A stretch of 62,786 bases of DNA, filler included, from Psammoneis japonica (taxonomy: Eukaryota), in assembly GCA_008632985.1 (NCBI GenBank). It is 4 parts of 4 records of this genome, joined end to end, with 100 filler letters (N's around TTAATTAATTAA, not from the genome) between each part and the next. Parts side by side here need not be neighbours in the genome. Positions count along the whole stretch, not along the records: positions 1 to 29,074 come from QPGO01000140.1; positions 29,175 to 58,384 come from QPGO01000160.1; 2 more parts are not named here. One strand, given 5' to 3'. Every line of letters begins with the position of its first letter. The stretch's first letter is position 1. The notes beneath the pieces were generated by a model. It was not told where the DNA came from, ran no database searches, and saw only the letters and a program-made list of their open reading frames with translations. Positions 24,321 to 37,328 of the stretch are shown here, in pieces. The translations under genes were made by a program, and so were the position numbers.

Positions 24321-25697
24321 CGCTCTAAATAATGGGGACCGATGTAAAGGACATTTGATGTGTTCACGAACGGGGCTTTTCTACACAAAAGACAAAAGAT
24401 GCTCATCGCCAACCCCTTTACTGTCGCAAGTGGCTGACTTCTCGAATGACCATCAAAATGCTGTCTTCATCGTCACTGCCAGTAAGACCTTCCAACCAAT
24501 GGAGGATGTCGAACAATTCTCTTCAAAATCACAAGAGAACCCTCTCGCCTAAGCCCTTCTGCCAGAGTTGGGTCTATTCTTGAGATCGTCTTCTGCATCT
24601 GAAGAAATCTCAAGATATATCTCGTTTCAACGTTTGGCATCCTTTCTATCCAATTTACCGTCATAACTGCTACTTCGGCTCTGACTATCAAAGCCCTAAG
24701 ACTGTGCTTCCATCTTTGATTTCTTGGAATCATTCCTCTGTCGCATCTCGAAAACAAAGCGGGGCAAACTCAGATGCGATTCCACACGACGACGGTGTTT
24801 TCTCAAACCATTGCATTCGTAACAGAGCTATCTCATCAAGAGCACTCGCTGTTCATTCCTCATAACACCTTAGGCTTTCCTCTGCCATTTCCCTGTTGTT
24901 CGTTTTGAATGCTCAAAAGAGGAATCGAGAGAACCAGAACTGCAAGATGAAGCGCAACGTTATTGTTTGATTTTGGGACGTAGAGTGAATGCATCGCCTG
25001 ACGGATCTGGCTGTTCAGCAAAGCAAAACAACACTAGATAATGGCACCTGCTATTTGATTTGGAGATGTCATGACATTGGATTGCAATTGGTGCCCGTGC
25101 TGTTAAATTGTTTGGTCTTTTTTAGTGCAGCTTTGTGATCCTGGCGATGGTGTGACTGCTCTCTAGATTTGAGAGAAAAGGATGAAACGTTGCAACTTGC
25201 CACCAACCAGATGAGTTGTTCTGCTCATTTGCCCTTGAGCAGGCGGCCAGTAAGAACAAAAGCAGACTCACACCACAGTAGCTCAAGCTCTCCAGTCTCC
25301 GGAAGACTTTTCGTTATCACTCGATAATGCAATGTCGCAATGCCGCGTCAGTCGCTGATAAGTTCACAGCAGAAATCGTTTTGTTTACAAGTGACTCATT
25401 TCAACTAGACATTGTCAATCTCTTTCGACTGGACAGCAGTAGATTGTCTTCCACTTTTTGTTGCAGCCACAGCATTCGCTATCACGAAATAGTTCACCTC
25501 CTCCCCCAGAAGCATTGATGGTAGTGCCGTTGCTCCAAGTCGAGCTGGATCCTGCAAAAGGTGCATCATGCAGTAGAGTAGATAGGACGGTATAGTCTAG
25601 TCAGATCAAAGTGGGACTTCTGGCGTAATGACTGTTCACCTTGCATGGATCTTTCCCGCAGACTGTACGGTAAGCTCTCCACGATGAAAATGCGTGG

Positions 25698-26504
25698 TCA
25701 AGAATGCTCCGGAGACAAACCATTTCCCAACAACCTCATTGCTATCCACTCATAGGAGACTAATCGAATCATTGTAACCAATACAGCTCTTCCGGTAGAT
25801 GCACCACAGCCTTTGTAAAAAGACCTGTACCCTCCATGTGCCAAAATTTTCCTCGCTGCACTCCGCATGGTGAGATGTTTCTCTGACCCCTGCTGAATGC
25901 TCTTGATAGTGTCAAACGGATAACTCACGACCCATGCTGCTGCCCCTGTAAGGGAACTCAATAGAGCCACATGTGACAGGTGTACTTGCTGTCTGCCAGA
26001 AACACTCTCTTTCAAGACATCGTACAGACCCAAGTACACGGTTGTGAAGAGGCCTTCTCTACACAGATTAGCGACATGACCTCGAAACAAGATGCATGGG
26101 TTTTTCAACAGCGTACTTCTCAGAACGTGGGCACTTGAGACCCCCCAGAGCTGTGACTGTATCTTTACATAGTCTGTTGGTGTGCTGATTGCGGCGGTTG
26201 CAAAGCCAGAGATTGCTCCCGCGAGAAAAGGTCCTCCCATCACATTGGTTGAGGCATTTTTGACAGAGTTGAAAACGGAAAACATTACCGTGTTCATCAA
26301 GATTGCGTTGAATAGAGGAGGCGATATGCCATGAAGCAATACAGTTGGAGAGTTGTGACGAAAGAGCCATTTTGTGGCTTGATAAGTGTTGGCGAGCTTT
26401 GGGTTGGTTTGAAGATGTACTTTGAGCGTATCCAAGGGATGTCCAACGACTGTTGCCGTACAACCGGCTACTGTGGCGCCAGTGATCTCCTGAACAAAGC
26501 TCAT
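25698..26504 (-). CDS. Mitochondrial carrier family (SLC25) protein
   Basis: Three signature repeats HPLDTLK, TPTDYVK and YPFDTIK, plus FYKG. Confidence 0.93.
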   Translation of the reverse strand: MSFVQEITGATVAGCTATVVGHPLDTLKVHLQTNPKLANTYQATKWLFRHNSPTVLLHGISPPLFNAILMNTVMFSVFNSVKNASTNVMGGPFLAGAISGFATAAISTPTDYVKIQSQLWGVSSAHVLRSTLLKNPCILFRGHVANLCREGLFTTVYLGLYDVLKESVSGRQQVHLSHVALLSSLTGAAAWVVSYPFDTIKSIQQGSEKHLTMRSAARKILAHGGYRSFYKGCGASTGRAVLVTMIRLVSYEWIAMRLLGNGLSPEHS

Positions 26505-26800
26505 GGGAACTCGAGAACACGGGGTGTCACATTACTTGACAGTACTTCTTGTTATGATTGCGGTTGCCATCATGGTCACTGCCTGCGAGCAGAAAAGCAG
26601 AAAAAAGTGACGATGATGGGAGGATGACGTGTTCATGGCGGGAAATTTTTATATGTTTTGTATTAAAGCTTGGATGTATCATATAGAATTAAGCTATTAA
26701 GCTCTGGAGGGTTAAATATAAAAAGTCCTTTGTGACTTGCGCGCTCAGAGGCGATCGCCAAGAACGGAGCGGGAACAAGAAATAAAATGAGAAAACGGGC

Positions 26801-28077
26801 ATGACTTCACACAAAAACGAGATGTTGTCGGAACTGCACCAGAACGCAAACTCACCCATCTTGATAAATGCCGTTGATCGGCTTTGCAAAACGAAAATGG
26901 ATGTATCGAGTCGAAAGCTTCTGGACGAGGTATTTGAGTTTCTAGAGGCTGAAGGTGACCCATGTCAGTGCTCATCTTTTGCGTCTCGTCAATTTCTCGT
27001 GTCTTTCCATGCTTTGCCCCCCTCTGACACGATGATCTTGTTTCTATCTATGCAGATACGCCTCTGAAAGAAAATATTAGTAGTAAAGAGTCTCGAGAAG
27101 CGACGGATTTCATAACACCTGTTGCTTCCCGTTCAACGCATGAAAAGAGGTATGATCGCCAACGACTTGACAACGATAACAACACGGCGATAATGTGGAC
27201 ACCTCGAACCCAAGCTTTGTGGGAGAAATACGAGAGCCTAAATAGAAGATGGCTTGAGCAGAAATCCAGCTCTATGGTGAAACGAAAACGGAACATTTCT
27301 TGTGCTGAATCATCATCGATTGGTGGTGTCTCGGGAGGGTCCAATAGCTTGTATGCCGAAGAGTCCGTGTTTGAGCGATTGTATCGAAATGAGGCTAGAA
27401 ATACATCAACCTTTCGACATGCATTTGATGAAATGCATTCACCAGAGGAGATAATGGAAAGAAGAGTTTTGTATACACACGGGGCGTGCCAATACACGTC
27501 ATCAACTGCATCCTGGGCAAGTCCCATGCGTGGTGACAACGATTGGAAACGACAATTTGATGAATTAACGCTGTCCACAACGTCTTCGACTGAGTCCATT
27601 TATGAGAGATTGTATCGAAATGAAAGGAGAACAGAACAATGTTGGGTACCTCCGGAAGACGACAAGGCTTTACCAACAAGAAAGAAAAGAGGTTTGCAGG
27701 TTGTAACTGATGGCTGCATTTATCTTGGAAAGCTTGACTCGAAGACCGATCGCTACACTGGGTTTGGTATTCAGATATTACATTCAAAGAGTGAAACATA
27801 CAGTGGCGAATTTGTGAATGGCCTACGCCATGGCTATGGTATATTGAAAGTTGGAACGGAGCAAGATGTGTATGCTGGCGAGTTTCGGCACGGTAAGATG
27901 CATGGATCTGGCACTCTTACATCTGGCGGTGACAATTCTTTTTACGACGGAGAATTTGTGGAGGGAGTGCGAGAGGGAAGAGGTACACTTTGTACGACAG
28001 ACGGAACGGCCTGGGTTGGAGAATGGAAGGAAGACAGGGCTTCTAGCAAAGGTGGAAAAACACGACGTCACCATTAA
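26801..28077 (+). CDS. MORN-repeat protein
   Basis: C-terminal repeats YSGEFVNGLRHGYG, YAGEFRHGKMHGSG and YDGEFVEGVREGRG. A predicted intron at 26955-27055 joins the upstream exon in frame. Confidence 0.8.
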
Positions 28078-28250
28078 TGACAAGAAACGGGAGGGGCAAA
28101 GTAAAACGATGTTCATAAACGCATTGGCAATAGAGAACCGCTATCGGTACTCAACAACCTATAGACTCATTTCACGTACATTAAGTTTTATGTCAGCGAT
28201 ATAAGACAAAAAACGATATTCTCGTCGAGAATCCCCTACTCAATTCCTTC

Positions 28251-29074
28251 TCAGCGTCGCCCCTTCTTCTTGAAACCATTCTCGGATACCTTTGCCCAGA
28301 GACTTGTACTGGCGTTAGCGCTTCTTCGTTTTCGTTTTCCTGTAGCTGACGGCTTCCTACGACTTGGAAAAGACGTGTTACCCTTAGACATCTGACTCTC
28401 ACCCGTGTGAAAGACGACATGACTCAACGCTACGCTTTTCTGAATAGAGGCTGTTCCCTCCATACCACTCTTCTTGGAGCACCCTCCAAGAAACGTCGTC
28501 TTACGCTTCGATCGACGACTTGCTTGAAGGGCGAGGGACAACTTTCCACCGGTCGAAAGAAGACTACCAAAGCCAGGGTTTTCACTTTTTCGCTTCGCTG
28601 CACCTCTTTCGAAAAAGCCAAGTTGCGATTGGCTGTCACTCGCGCCAGAAGACGACGTTCTGGAAGAAGCTATGGATGCCTGGCGCTTTGCCCGTGAACA
28701 AACACTCTGTCGAGGAAAGCAAATTGTACGACACACCAAATCAGCTACTACTGAAAGGAAGTCAAGTCAGTACAACGAAAGATTTCCTCGTACCTTCATT
28801 TTCGATAGATCGTACTTCATGCTCTCGTCCTCATCAATGAGACGAAGCTGAGAAAACTCCTCGTCGTCACCGTGGGCTTCGATAAGGCGCTGCATCCGGG
28901 CGCGTTTCGCAAATCGTTTTGCGAGGCGTTCTTGTTCTTTTTCTTCTTCGTCGTCCCCCTCAGCATTCTCATCTAGTATTGTACAGCCGCAACGAGAGTG
29001 AGCGATACCACCGACGTAGAAATCCTTCAGAAAAGTCAGATCAACACTTACCATCCTGGGCTTCCTCTTCTTCC
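28251..29074 (-). CDS. 3' exons of an acidic/charged protein (possibly Mrc1/claspin-like), truncated by gap
   Basis: EGDDEEEKEQERLAKRFAKRARMQRL exon flanked by GT-AG introns; basic C-terminal exon. Family assignment weak. Confidence 0.45.
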
Positions 29075-29174
29075 NNNNNNNNNNNNNNNNNNNNNNNNNN
29101 NNNNNNNNNNNNNNNNNNTTAATTAATTAANNNNNNNNNNNNNNNNNNNNNNNNNNNNNNNNNNNNNNNNNNNN
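29075..29174. other. Assembly gap with TTAATTAATTAA linker
   Basis: N run, all-frame stop linker, N run; same at 58385-58484 and 61114-61214. Confidence 0.97.
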
Positions 29175-29662
29175 ATCCATCGATGTCTCTGGGTGCACTC
29201 AGGAAGTCACGAAACTTGCTTGGAGTGCTCGTTTCTGACCGGGACTGCTTCTGTGGATCCTGACTTTGAGAAAAGTCTATTCACAGTTGGTGCCATCACT
29301 GTGTTTGTCAACAAGTCCTCTTCCCATCATGTGACATGTGAGATGGATGCTGGGGCTGTTGCAAGAGTGCCCCCAATCAATTTGTCCCAATTGTCACAGA
29401 ATTTGCAATCACCTCTGTCACAGCAGTGGCCAATGTCACAGCAGGGTAACCAACTCTGCCATCAACTCCCACCATGGGACAACAGTCACCTGTTTGGTGG
29501 GATGCAATGTGGGTGGAACCAATCTGATGACTGTGCTGATTTAAATCCTTAGTTGCAACTTGTTCATCGTGGCAATTTAGCACAAAGTGCATGAGGAAAA
29601 TGCATTGCAAAAGATCTTTGCACAATGCACACTTCATTCCATTAAAAGATGTCATTACAAAA

Positions 29663-31072
29663 TTAAGACACAGAAGAACACAGGCTTTTTCTTGGCTGTT
29701 TTTTCCAAGGAGAATTCATGACAGGTTGAATCTCCCAAGCACGAAGACGTCTTTTGGTCTTCTGCACCTTCATCACTAACCCAACTTCCTCTGCCTCATG
29801 AAGAATTGTCTCAATGGATTTCTCTGTAAAAGGCTTTCCACCAAGCACATCATCCAACAACCACTTTGTCTGAAAATGATTTCCTGCTGGCTTGTCTACC
29901 AAATTTTTCACTGTCTTGTAGCTGCCAGCTGTTTCTCTGCTTGACAAGCAAAGAACTTCTAACCAACTGCAACAACCTGTGACAATTGACTCATTGATTG
30001 CTTTCCTTGACAAATCAACCAAGCCTTCAGCCACATGGATTGAATCAAATCGAGTGTCAGAGCTGAGTGAAGGCAAAAAGCGATTCTTGGCACCTTTGGA
30101 TGAATCCAAACGCTTGACTGGTGCAAAAATGAGAAGTCCAGTGCCCCGCGCATCTTGCTCCTCCACTTGTGGCTTTTTCAAAGCTGCTTCACGGCGATCA
30201 AATGTTTCTGAAATCCCATTTGAAACACGCCTCCACACGTCACTGGCTTCATGGCAATCAACAAAGGTGGATGTTCCATGCATGGGAATGGAAGATGACA
30301 TTGCACGCAGCTGATCACAATGCACAGATGCAGTGAGCACAACACCCAACTGAAGCCATTTTCCCATGGCGACACAAGTGGCTGATTCAAGAAATGATTT
30401 TGGCTTCCCAGTGCAAAGAAGCATTGTCCCACTTCTGCCACCTGTCATAATTTCATCCACAACAATGCCAAAGCTGTGATGTTTTGCCAAGTTACCAAGC
30501 CTGGACAGAAACCGGTCACTGAGTGTTGCACCATTGTTGGCAAGCATGAGTTCCATGAGCAAAGCAGTTGTTGGGCGATGCTTCATTTTTTGAATCAAAC
30601 ACCGAATGTGAAGATGCTGCAAACATTTGTCCTCATGTTGCTCAAGCTCTTCATTGCTCATGGTTCCTGGCACATGACAGGGAAATGGCACAGTGTGCTT
30701 TTTCGTAAGCTGATTAGAAACCATGCTTGGTGGCACAATTTTTGATGGACCCATGTCAGCGCTGAACAGACTTGCAGTCCAACTGTGAATGGGACCACAA
30801 TCACCAGCAACATGGCTGCCACATGCAATGAGGCAACCTTCATTATTGCCTGTTGTGACAGAGTTGACAGCAAAAAGATTTGCATCAGAACCATTTGGCA
30901 ACACTTTGTAGAGAATGAAACTTCCTCCAAGCTCTTTTTCAACCAAGGCATCAAGAGCAGTGACACTGAAGGGATCAGCTTCATCATTGTCCATGCATTC
31001 CCAACTCCTCTTGGAGCCACTGCTCTTGATATTTACAAGATTGCAACCCCAGTTGTTTGCCATGTCATCCAC
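29663..31072 (-). pseudogene. Class-III PLP aminotransferase-like ORF, hypermutated
   Basis: NGSDAN, LLMELML, GIVVDEIMTGGRSG, MGKW and RGTGLL motifs. Only 2 Tyr in 469 aa with Cys/His excess. Confidence 0.65.
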
Positions 31073-31718
31073 ATTGCAGAGAGTGTGTTTCTTGTTTTTG
31101 CAATTGCAGTGATGACTGTTGCTGCTCGCGTTGGCTGCTGATTTTTTGTGCCTTCTGCGAGTCTCGTAGAAATCTACATGTTTTTTCTGGTAGAGCAGGT
31201 AAGCTGCTCTACCAGAGTGACTCGTAGGTTTTCACAGTGGTTCTCGTTTGGCCGTTAGATATATTTTATATTCGAATATGGTTTATACATACATAAACGA
31301 CATAAATGATTATATAAATATATATGATGCTGCCCGGCGTGGTCTGCATTTGGTCTAGCGTGAAGTGGTCTATCATGACCAGTTCTGCTACTCCGTGCGA
31401 AAGATCGATTTCGCGCGATTGTCGTGCAGCGGCAGATAAGGCAAGGCTAAAATGTCACGTCTCATTTACGTTACACATGATGTACGCACCTACCGGAACC
31501 ATCCACCATCCCCACACCACTTCGATCATTCTGTAACTCTCTGCTAAGGTTACTCTAGAGCTAGAGTAGAGACTAGTCCTACCGGTGCTTGTATTGCATT
31601 CGAAAGGGCATTCTTTGCCCTACAACCACTCTCTAGAGACCATCAATAGTATTCGTACAAAATATATCTTCATCAAATCATAACTGTATTGGAGAAATCA
31701 TAAAGAGAATATATATAT

Positions 31719-33375
31719 ATGACGAAATCCGGAAAGAATAACAAATCCGCAGCTCAGAGTGCAAGCACCATGAATCAAGAGCGTGCGTTTCTGACAAAAT
31801 TGTTTCAAGCTGCTCTGGAAGGACATGGCGACAAGGTCAAGAAATATGTACTGGATTATTCTCGTCAGCACACCGATGTATCGAATTTTGATGTATTGTC
31901 GCAATTCAAAGACGGCGAAGGACGCAGTGCCATTCACTTTTCCTGCATGAGCGATCCAAAAGAAAAAGCAGATGAAGATATTGTCGTTTCACTCTTGACG
32001 AGTTCCGACGATTGGCAATTCAGCCAAGACGAGTTGACAAGTATCGTTCGTCTCAAGAACAATGACGGTTTGACGCCGTTAATGTTGGCATCTCGTCATT
32101 CCAATCAAGACGTGGCACTGAAACGAGTCGATTTTTTGCTCGACACGGGCGGCAACAAATTGGCCTTGGCACGATCCCATGCCGGAGCCACGGCCCTGCA
32201 TTATGCGGCGGGCGTCCATGCGTCACGGGCCATGATTGAACGGCTCGTTCAAGCGGGCAGGGTTGCACTTGAAACCAATTCCAAACGGGGAGGGACACCA
32301 CTTCATTGGACGGCGGCCGCTGGTTCGTCGAGCTCAACCGAAACACTCCAAGCTCTGCTAGACTGCAACGCTGACGTGAATGCTACCAATGAGCAGGGAT
32401 TGACGCCAGTTGTGTTGTCTCTAGCTGCCGGAGATGATGTGAGTTCGAAACGATTGATACAAGCGGGAGCCAAGTTTGACATGGAGTTGTCCGGGGGGGT
32501 GACTTTGTTTCACATGGCAGGTACGTGTATATGCTGCCTTTCGTCGCAACTATTGCATTGACTCTTGCACTCACCGACTCGTATTGTACAGCGGACCTCA
32601 ACATGGTTGGGACTCTAACAGAAATGCTAGAAAGTTGGATTCACAAGAACGTGACTCCCTGTTGAACAAGAAAAACGCGCAAGGCGAAACACCGCTCGAC
32701 GTGTGTGCGCAACAAGGACATGTCGGTTGTGTAATGCTGTTGCTAGGTGGAGAGAATACTACCAAGGAGGAAGCAGAGGGGTACATTGAGAAATACAAGG
32801 CAACGCACAAGCCAAAAGAAAAGACGGCAGCCCCAGAAAAGCAAAAAGAAGAAAATACGGTCTCCTCGTCCGAGGACGAAACAGAAGCGCGTGGAAGACA
32901 ACTGGCGGAACGAATTCAAAAGGAATCAGCGACAATATCAGATGGTGATCGCGAACGTGCTTTGGAAATCAAAAAGAAAGGCAACGCGTTGTTTGCTCAA
33001 AAGGAATACGAAAAGGCTATTGAACATTACTCGCTTGCTATGGATGTTGATCCTTCAAATGCAACCTTGTACTCGAATCGATCCGCTTGCTACATGGAGT
33101 TGGGTCGCCACAGCGAGGCACTTGAAGACGCCTTTACTTGTCTGTATTTGAATCCGACATGGCCCAAGGCGTTTTACCGAATAGCAATCGCAAGGTACGC
33201 ATTAGGTCGGTACGAGGATGCTGCCGTAGCAGCATGGGAAGGATTAGAAAAGGATAACAGCAATGAAGAGTTGAAACGATTGTTGCAGAAAAGTGTCAAG
33301 CAGGGCAAGAAGGAACACCAGGCACTGAGCGAGAGCAAAAAGGGTAATGCAACGAAGGAAGAAGGCAACTCATGA
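31719..33375 (+). CDS. Ankyrin-repeat + TPR protein
   Basis: GRSAIHF, GLTPLMLA, GATALHYAA, GGTPLHW and GETPLD ankyrin repeats; KKKGNALF, LYSNRSACY and WPKAFYR TPRs. Intron 32521-32591; 1-nt A-run deletion at ~32632. Confidence 0.9.
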
Positions 33376-33802
33376 CGTTGTTATACATAGTTTTGATTAC
33401 ACGTGTAGTGTGTTTTGATTTCCGTCTCATTTTATGCTTGGTCAGAGAGCATGGTAGCATTTTGTGAGAACGATCGAAAATGCGCCCGTGTTGTGGCAAA
33501 ATTATAGGTGCCGGATAGCGTCGCTTCGCCTTTTTTCTTTATTCTGAATTCATGTCTTCGAACGGCTTACGTCCATACAGTAGAAAACAGCTCCAAACTG
33601 CTTTGCACCAACAAAAGGTGCTGTGGACAAGTGGTGTAAGTAGGTGGAGAAGTGAGAGCTGATGATTTTGCATGACGCCCACACTCAAGCACGCGTTGGC
33701 CGTCTTCCTCTGTGGTAAGTTGCGCTTAGCCAACAGACTGGAATCTTCATTCTTGCACTCTTCGTTAGTGCCATCACAGCACTCCCTAATACGTTCAATG
33801 CA

Positions 33803-35332
33803 CTATAAAGACCACGTCACCAAGGCTGCCAATTCTGTGTTGGGGTGCAGGCGAACCTGCGGGTACACATCTGCGACAGCCACGAGCTTCCCGTTTCCCG
33901 GATGAGGTGACTCTAGGTTCTTGACAAAGTTCCAGAAAGCCACAGTATCATCCGGTTGATCCCACTCGGGAAAGACATCATCTCTCATGGTTTGGCGAAT
34001 AGCATACCACAGTGCATTATCACCGCAATAACGAACATTTTCGCTAGCAGGTTTTTCTGTTGGAGCCCAATGCCACACGAGATCGCCCTTTTCAGTCGTA
34101 CCATATCGAGATTGCAATTGACATGTTACCATTGCACTAATAGTGCTTTTATTTCTTTTCGTCCAGCCGCCCAAATCCTTTTTGGCTGCTACAAGAAGCG
34201 CAAACACCGCCCAACCATCGTGCCAGAAATTACGATTTCGTTGCAATCCAATATATGATTTAGTGGCCTTCTCGTTGTCAGACGCAACACCGTATCCAAA
34301 TCCGTTACTTGAAAGAAGGGTGTCGCATGTCTTGTCGATAACGCTAGAAAGATTTTCTTGTTGCTCATGAAACAATGATTTGTTTGATTGCAGCTCAACG
34401 CATGCCAACAATGCCACAGCCTGATCAACCGCTCGAAAATACTTTTGATTTGTTTCTTCCGAGACACCCTCTGTGGGCTTTCCCCAACTAGCCGACAGTC
34501 GCAGCAGGTCTCCCCCGCCTTGGGTTTTGCTGGTCGTAAACCATTTCTCGTCGGATTCACTCCAAAACTCTTCCACAAGGTTGAGTGCGACATGTTGGAG
34601 CTGCGACTGATAGGTTTGAAAATAGACCTCTTGATTTGTCTGTTGAAAGAATTCTACTAATCGAGACCAGAATATGACTGCAATCGCATGCTGGATACAA
34701 CGGTGTTCTGCGCTTTCACGATAATAATTGACTTGATGAGGAATCAAGGATTCATCATGCTTTGTCGCGTCCAAGAAGGAATGATCCCATTGTCCGCTGT
34801 ACGATCGACGTCGAAAAGAGGTCCCATCCCAAGAGTATTTCCAAAGTGAATCGGCAATGTGAATTGCATCCAGAATCAGTTCTTCCTCGTCGTCCGTCTG
34901 TGAAAGCGCAGCTAATTTCAGAGAAGCAATGCCCACCATGCAGTTGTGCCAGACACCTTCGGAATGCAAGCCGGTGGTAGGATCGTAAAGGTCCGTTTCA
35001 ACATTCAATGAAACAGGAGCCTTTTGTATCGAATCGTGCTGGTGTAAGCCCTTCAACAAATCTCTGGAGAGGGACACGGCTCTTGCCGATTCTTGATGGA
35101 TCACAACATCTTTCTGAAGAGACAATGAAGAAGGCGGCACTTTCTTATTTCGCGCTTGACATCCGATTCTTCCAGCATGGAAGCCATACACTGCTAGCAC
35201 TCTCAAAAGCAAGCAACAGCGTATGAATAAGAGCAATGTATTGATTGGATTACGGCAAGGCATCCTACCATCATCGTTTGCGTTTTGCGTTCCTTGAAGA
35301 CCAAGAAGTGCGCGAAAAGATACGCGTGACAC
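33803..35332 (-). CDS. Hypothetical protein with signal-peptide-like N-terminus
   Basis: 509-codon ORF with normal composition. Hydrophobic stretch ending VYGF suggests targeting; true start probably the internal Met at ~35263. Confidence 0.7.
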   Translation of the reverse strand: MSRVSFRALLGLQGTQNANDDGRMPCRNPINTLLLFIRCCLLLRVLAVYGFHAGRIGCQARNKKVPPSSLSLQKDVVIHQESARAVSLSRDLLKGLHQHDSIQKAPVSLNVETDLYDPTTGLHSEGVWHNCMVGIASLKLAALSQTDDEEELILDAIHIADSLWKYSWDGTSFRRRSYSGQWDHSFLDATKHDESLIPHQVNYYRESAEHRCIQHAIAVIFWSRLVEFFQQTNQEVYFQTYQSQLQHVALNLVEEFWSESDEKWFTTSKTQGGGDLLRLSASWGKPTEGVSEETNQKYFRAVDQAVALLACVELQSNKSLFHEQQENLSSVIDKTCDTLLSSNGFGYGVASDNEKATKSYIGLQRNRNFWHDGWAVFALLVAAKKDLGGWTKRNKSTISAMVTCQLQSRYGTTEKGDLVWHWAPTEKPASENVRYCGDNALWYAIRQTMRDDVFPEWDQPDDTVAFWNFVKNLESPHPGNGKLVAVADVYPQVRLHPNTELAALVTWSL

Positions 35333-35577
35333 AGGTCGGTGTCAAATTTCAATAAAAAAAACAAGATTCCCTTTGCTTCGTGGGATTCACATGAAGATCC
35401 TACAGAGTTGCTGACGTTGAGGAATTTCAAAACGAAGCATGCGCTGACTCAGTGAATGATGCGAGACATCAGACATCACACCGCTACTGTATCAAAACAA
35501 GAGAGTTCGTTGTTGATGCTGCAGTATCATCACTGAGAGACGCGTGTCAAATCGTGATACATCAGTGATAGAACATC

Positions 35578-36618
35578 ATGGTATCGGGGCTTCTACGACT
35601 TGGCACTGTCGTCCTTGTCTCTCAGTGCAGTGCTGCATTTGTAATACCTTCAGCAAGCGCTTATTCATCCTTTTCACCAGCGTCGACCTTTTCGCAACGA
35701 CCGACTCTTCTTCAGCACTCTACTAGCAGAAAGAACAAAAGCAACCTTAACATGGGACTCTTGAATTCTCTAACAAGTCTTCGTGGTGGTGCAGACGTCG
35801 TGGAAGCAGTCTCGTCGACGCTCACGTCAGGCCCGTTCGGCGTACTAAGTCTATGGGGTGTAGCTGCAAGTGTGGTTGTGCCCCTGACTTTGTATCGTCA
35901 AGGGTTTAGCTTTTCGGTTGGATATGGATATTCGGTACTCGCCATGGGAATAGCCATGACTCGCGCCTTTGGAATCAATCCTGTACCATCCTCCATGGCA
36001 GACACGTCGTCTCTCTTGGTGAGCGCTGTCATGTTTTATGGATTCCGTCTAGGCACGTATTTAGCGTTTCGCACCTTGACGGTGAAGAGCAACAAGAAGA
36101 AATTGAAGGAATTCGACAAGAGTCCTCGATTGAAACGTATTCCATTGGCACTCGGAGTCTCGCTGTTTTATGCCTTGCTGACAAGTCCTGCACTGTACGC
36201 ACTTCGCAATGTTTCTGAAAGTGCCGTCACCATGGGAGGAATTGGCTTGGCGTGGTTTGGTGCGCTTTTGGAAGCCATTGCCGATGGACAAAAGTACATT
36301 ACCAAACGTGGCAAGGATCAAAGCAAAGACTTTGCGGGTCCCACGTCGGGAGTTTATCGTATTTGTCGTCACCCCAACTACTTGGGAGAAGTATTGTTTT
36401 GGTTAGGCTTGGCCGTCAGCGGTGTGGCGAGCTTTGGTTCCAACGTTATTCCATACGTCACGACCAGTCTTGGATTGTACGGTATTTACTCCATTATGAC
36501 TTCGGCATCGAAACGGTTGGATCAACAACAGCTTGAAAGGTATGGGGGACAAGAAGCATATGACAAGTGGAGGTCCGACGTTGGAGCGCCGATCTTTCCA
36601 TTTGTCAACAAAGAATAG
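35578..36618 (+). CDS. DUF1295/steroid 5-alpha-reductase-like membrane protein, plastid-targeted
   Basis: Signal peptide plus SAAF motif; SFSVGYG, YGFRLG, EAIADGQK and CRHPNYLGE. Confidence 0.9.
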   Translation: MVSGLLRLGTVVLVSQCSAAFVIPSASAYSSFSPASTFSQRPTLLQHSTSRKNKSNLNMGLLNSLTSLRGGADVVEAVSSTLTSGPFGVLSLWGVAASVVVPLTLYRQGFSFSVGYGYSVLAMGIAMTRAFGINPVPSSMADTSSLLVSAVMFYGFRLGTYLAFRTLTVKSNKKKLKEFDKSPRLKRIPLALGVSLFYALLTSPALYALRNVSESAVTMGGIGLAWFGALLEAIADGQKYITKRGKDQSKDFAGPTSGVYRICRHPNYLGEVLFWLGLAVSGVASFGSNVIPYVTTSLGLYGIYSIMTSASKRLDQQQLERYGGQEAYDKWRSDVGAPIFPFVNKE

Positions 36619-37328
36619 AAGGGAAAAGTCTCGTATTAAATTATGTTGTCATACAGTAGTAGTGCTAGTAGCCCCAATTTCATATAAATGTTATTACTAT
36701 TTCTACTCCAGAACCGCCATTTCCTAGAGGCTAGAGTGCACTCTAGCTACGCGCTAGGGAGACACAAAACTCAATGAGCCTAGAACCCCGTCTTGGACGT
36801 TTTCGCGTGGTCTCTCCTTGTCGCTGAGCTGACGTCGACTTTTTGAGACTGCTTTCTGTTTGCGTTGTGGAGAGATGGTCCAGGTGAATGCATCAACTCC
36901 ACATTGAATGTGATTCCAAGCGTAATGCTCTACATAGTAGCCCTTTCCTGCAAATGGTATTGGCAAATTGCGTTCATTGGAGCCAACGAGAAGGACTTCA
37001 GAAACAGAAGTACAGCACCTTAGCTCTGTTTTCACGTGTTTTCTAATACCATTACCGTGTGTATCACAGCCTATGTTCGGTTTGTTACCATTTAGAGCAG
37101 ACATTGGTGTTTGTAGGTACCAAGGGCTTGGGTCCAACACAAAAGCCTTCCAAAGACAATTCCTGAACCACTGTGCCCCGCGCCAATCTGTACCGGTACA
37201 CATTGCAAATCCAACCTTGTTTTTACAGAATATGTGCGCAGAGCATGTATCCGATGTCAGTAAGCAAATGGGTCCAATCCATTCCCTTCCAAAGTATTCT
37301 AGTATGGACTCTCTTGGAGCTGCGTTCT

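Noticed and set aside
24440..25560. Short minus-strand coding-like fragments
   Set aside because: No continuous frame or recognisable motif; cannot be called.
8220..32640. Apparent frameshifts in SLC4 (~8222), SulP (~19083, ~19978) and ankyrin-TPR (~32632) as programmed frameshifting or pseudogenisation
   Set aside because: Each is fixed by adding one A to a short A run in otherwise intact genes, which is typical of homopolymer sequencing error. Raw reads would confirm.
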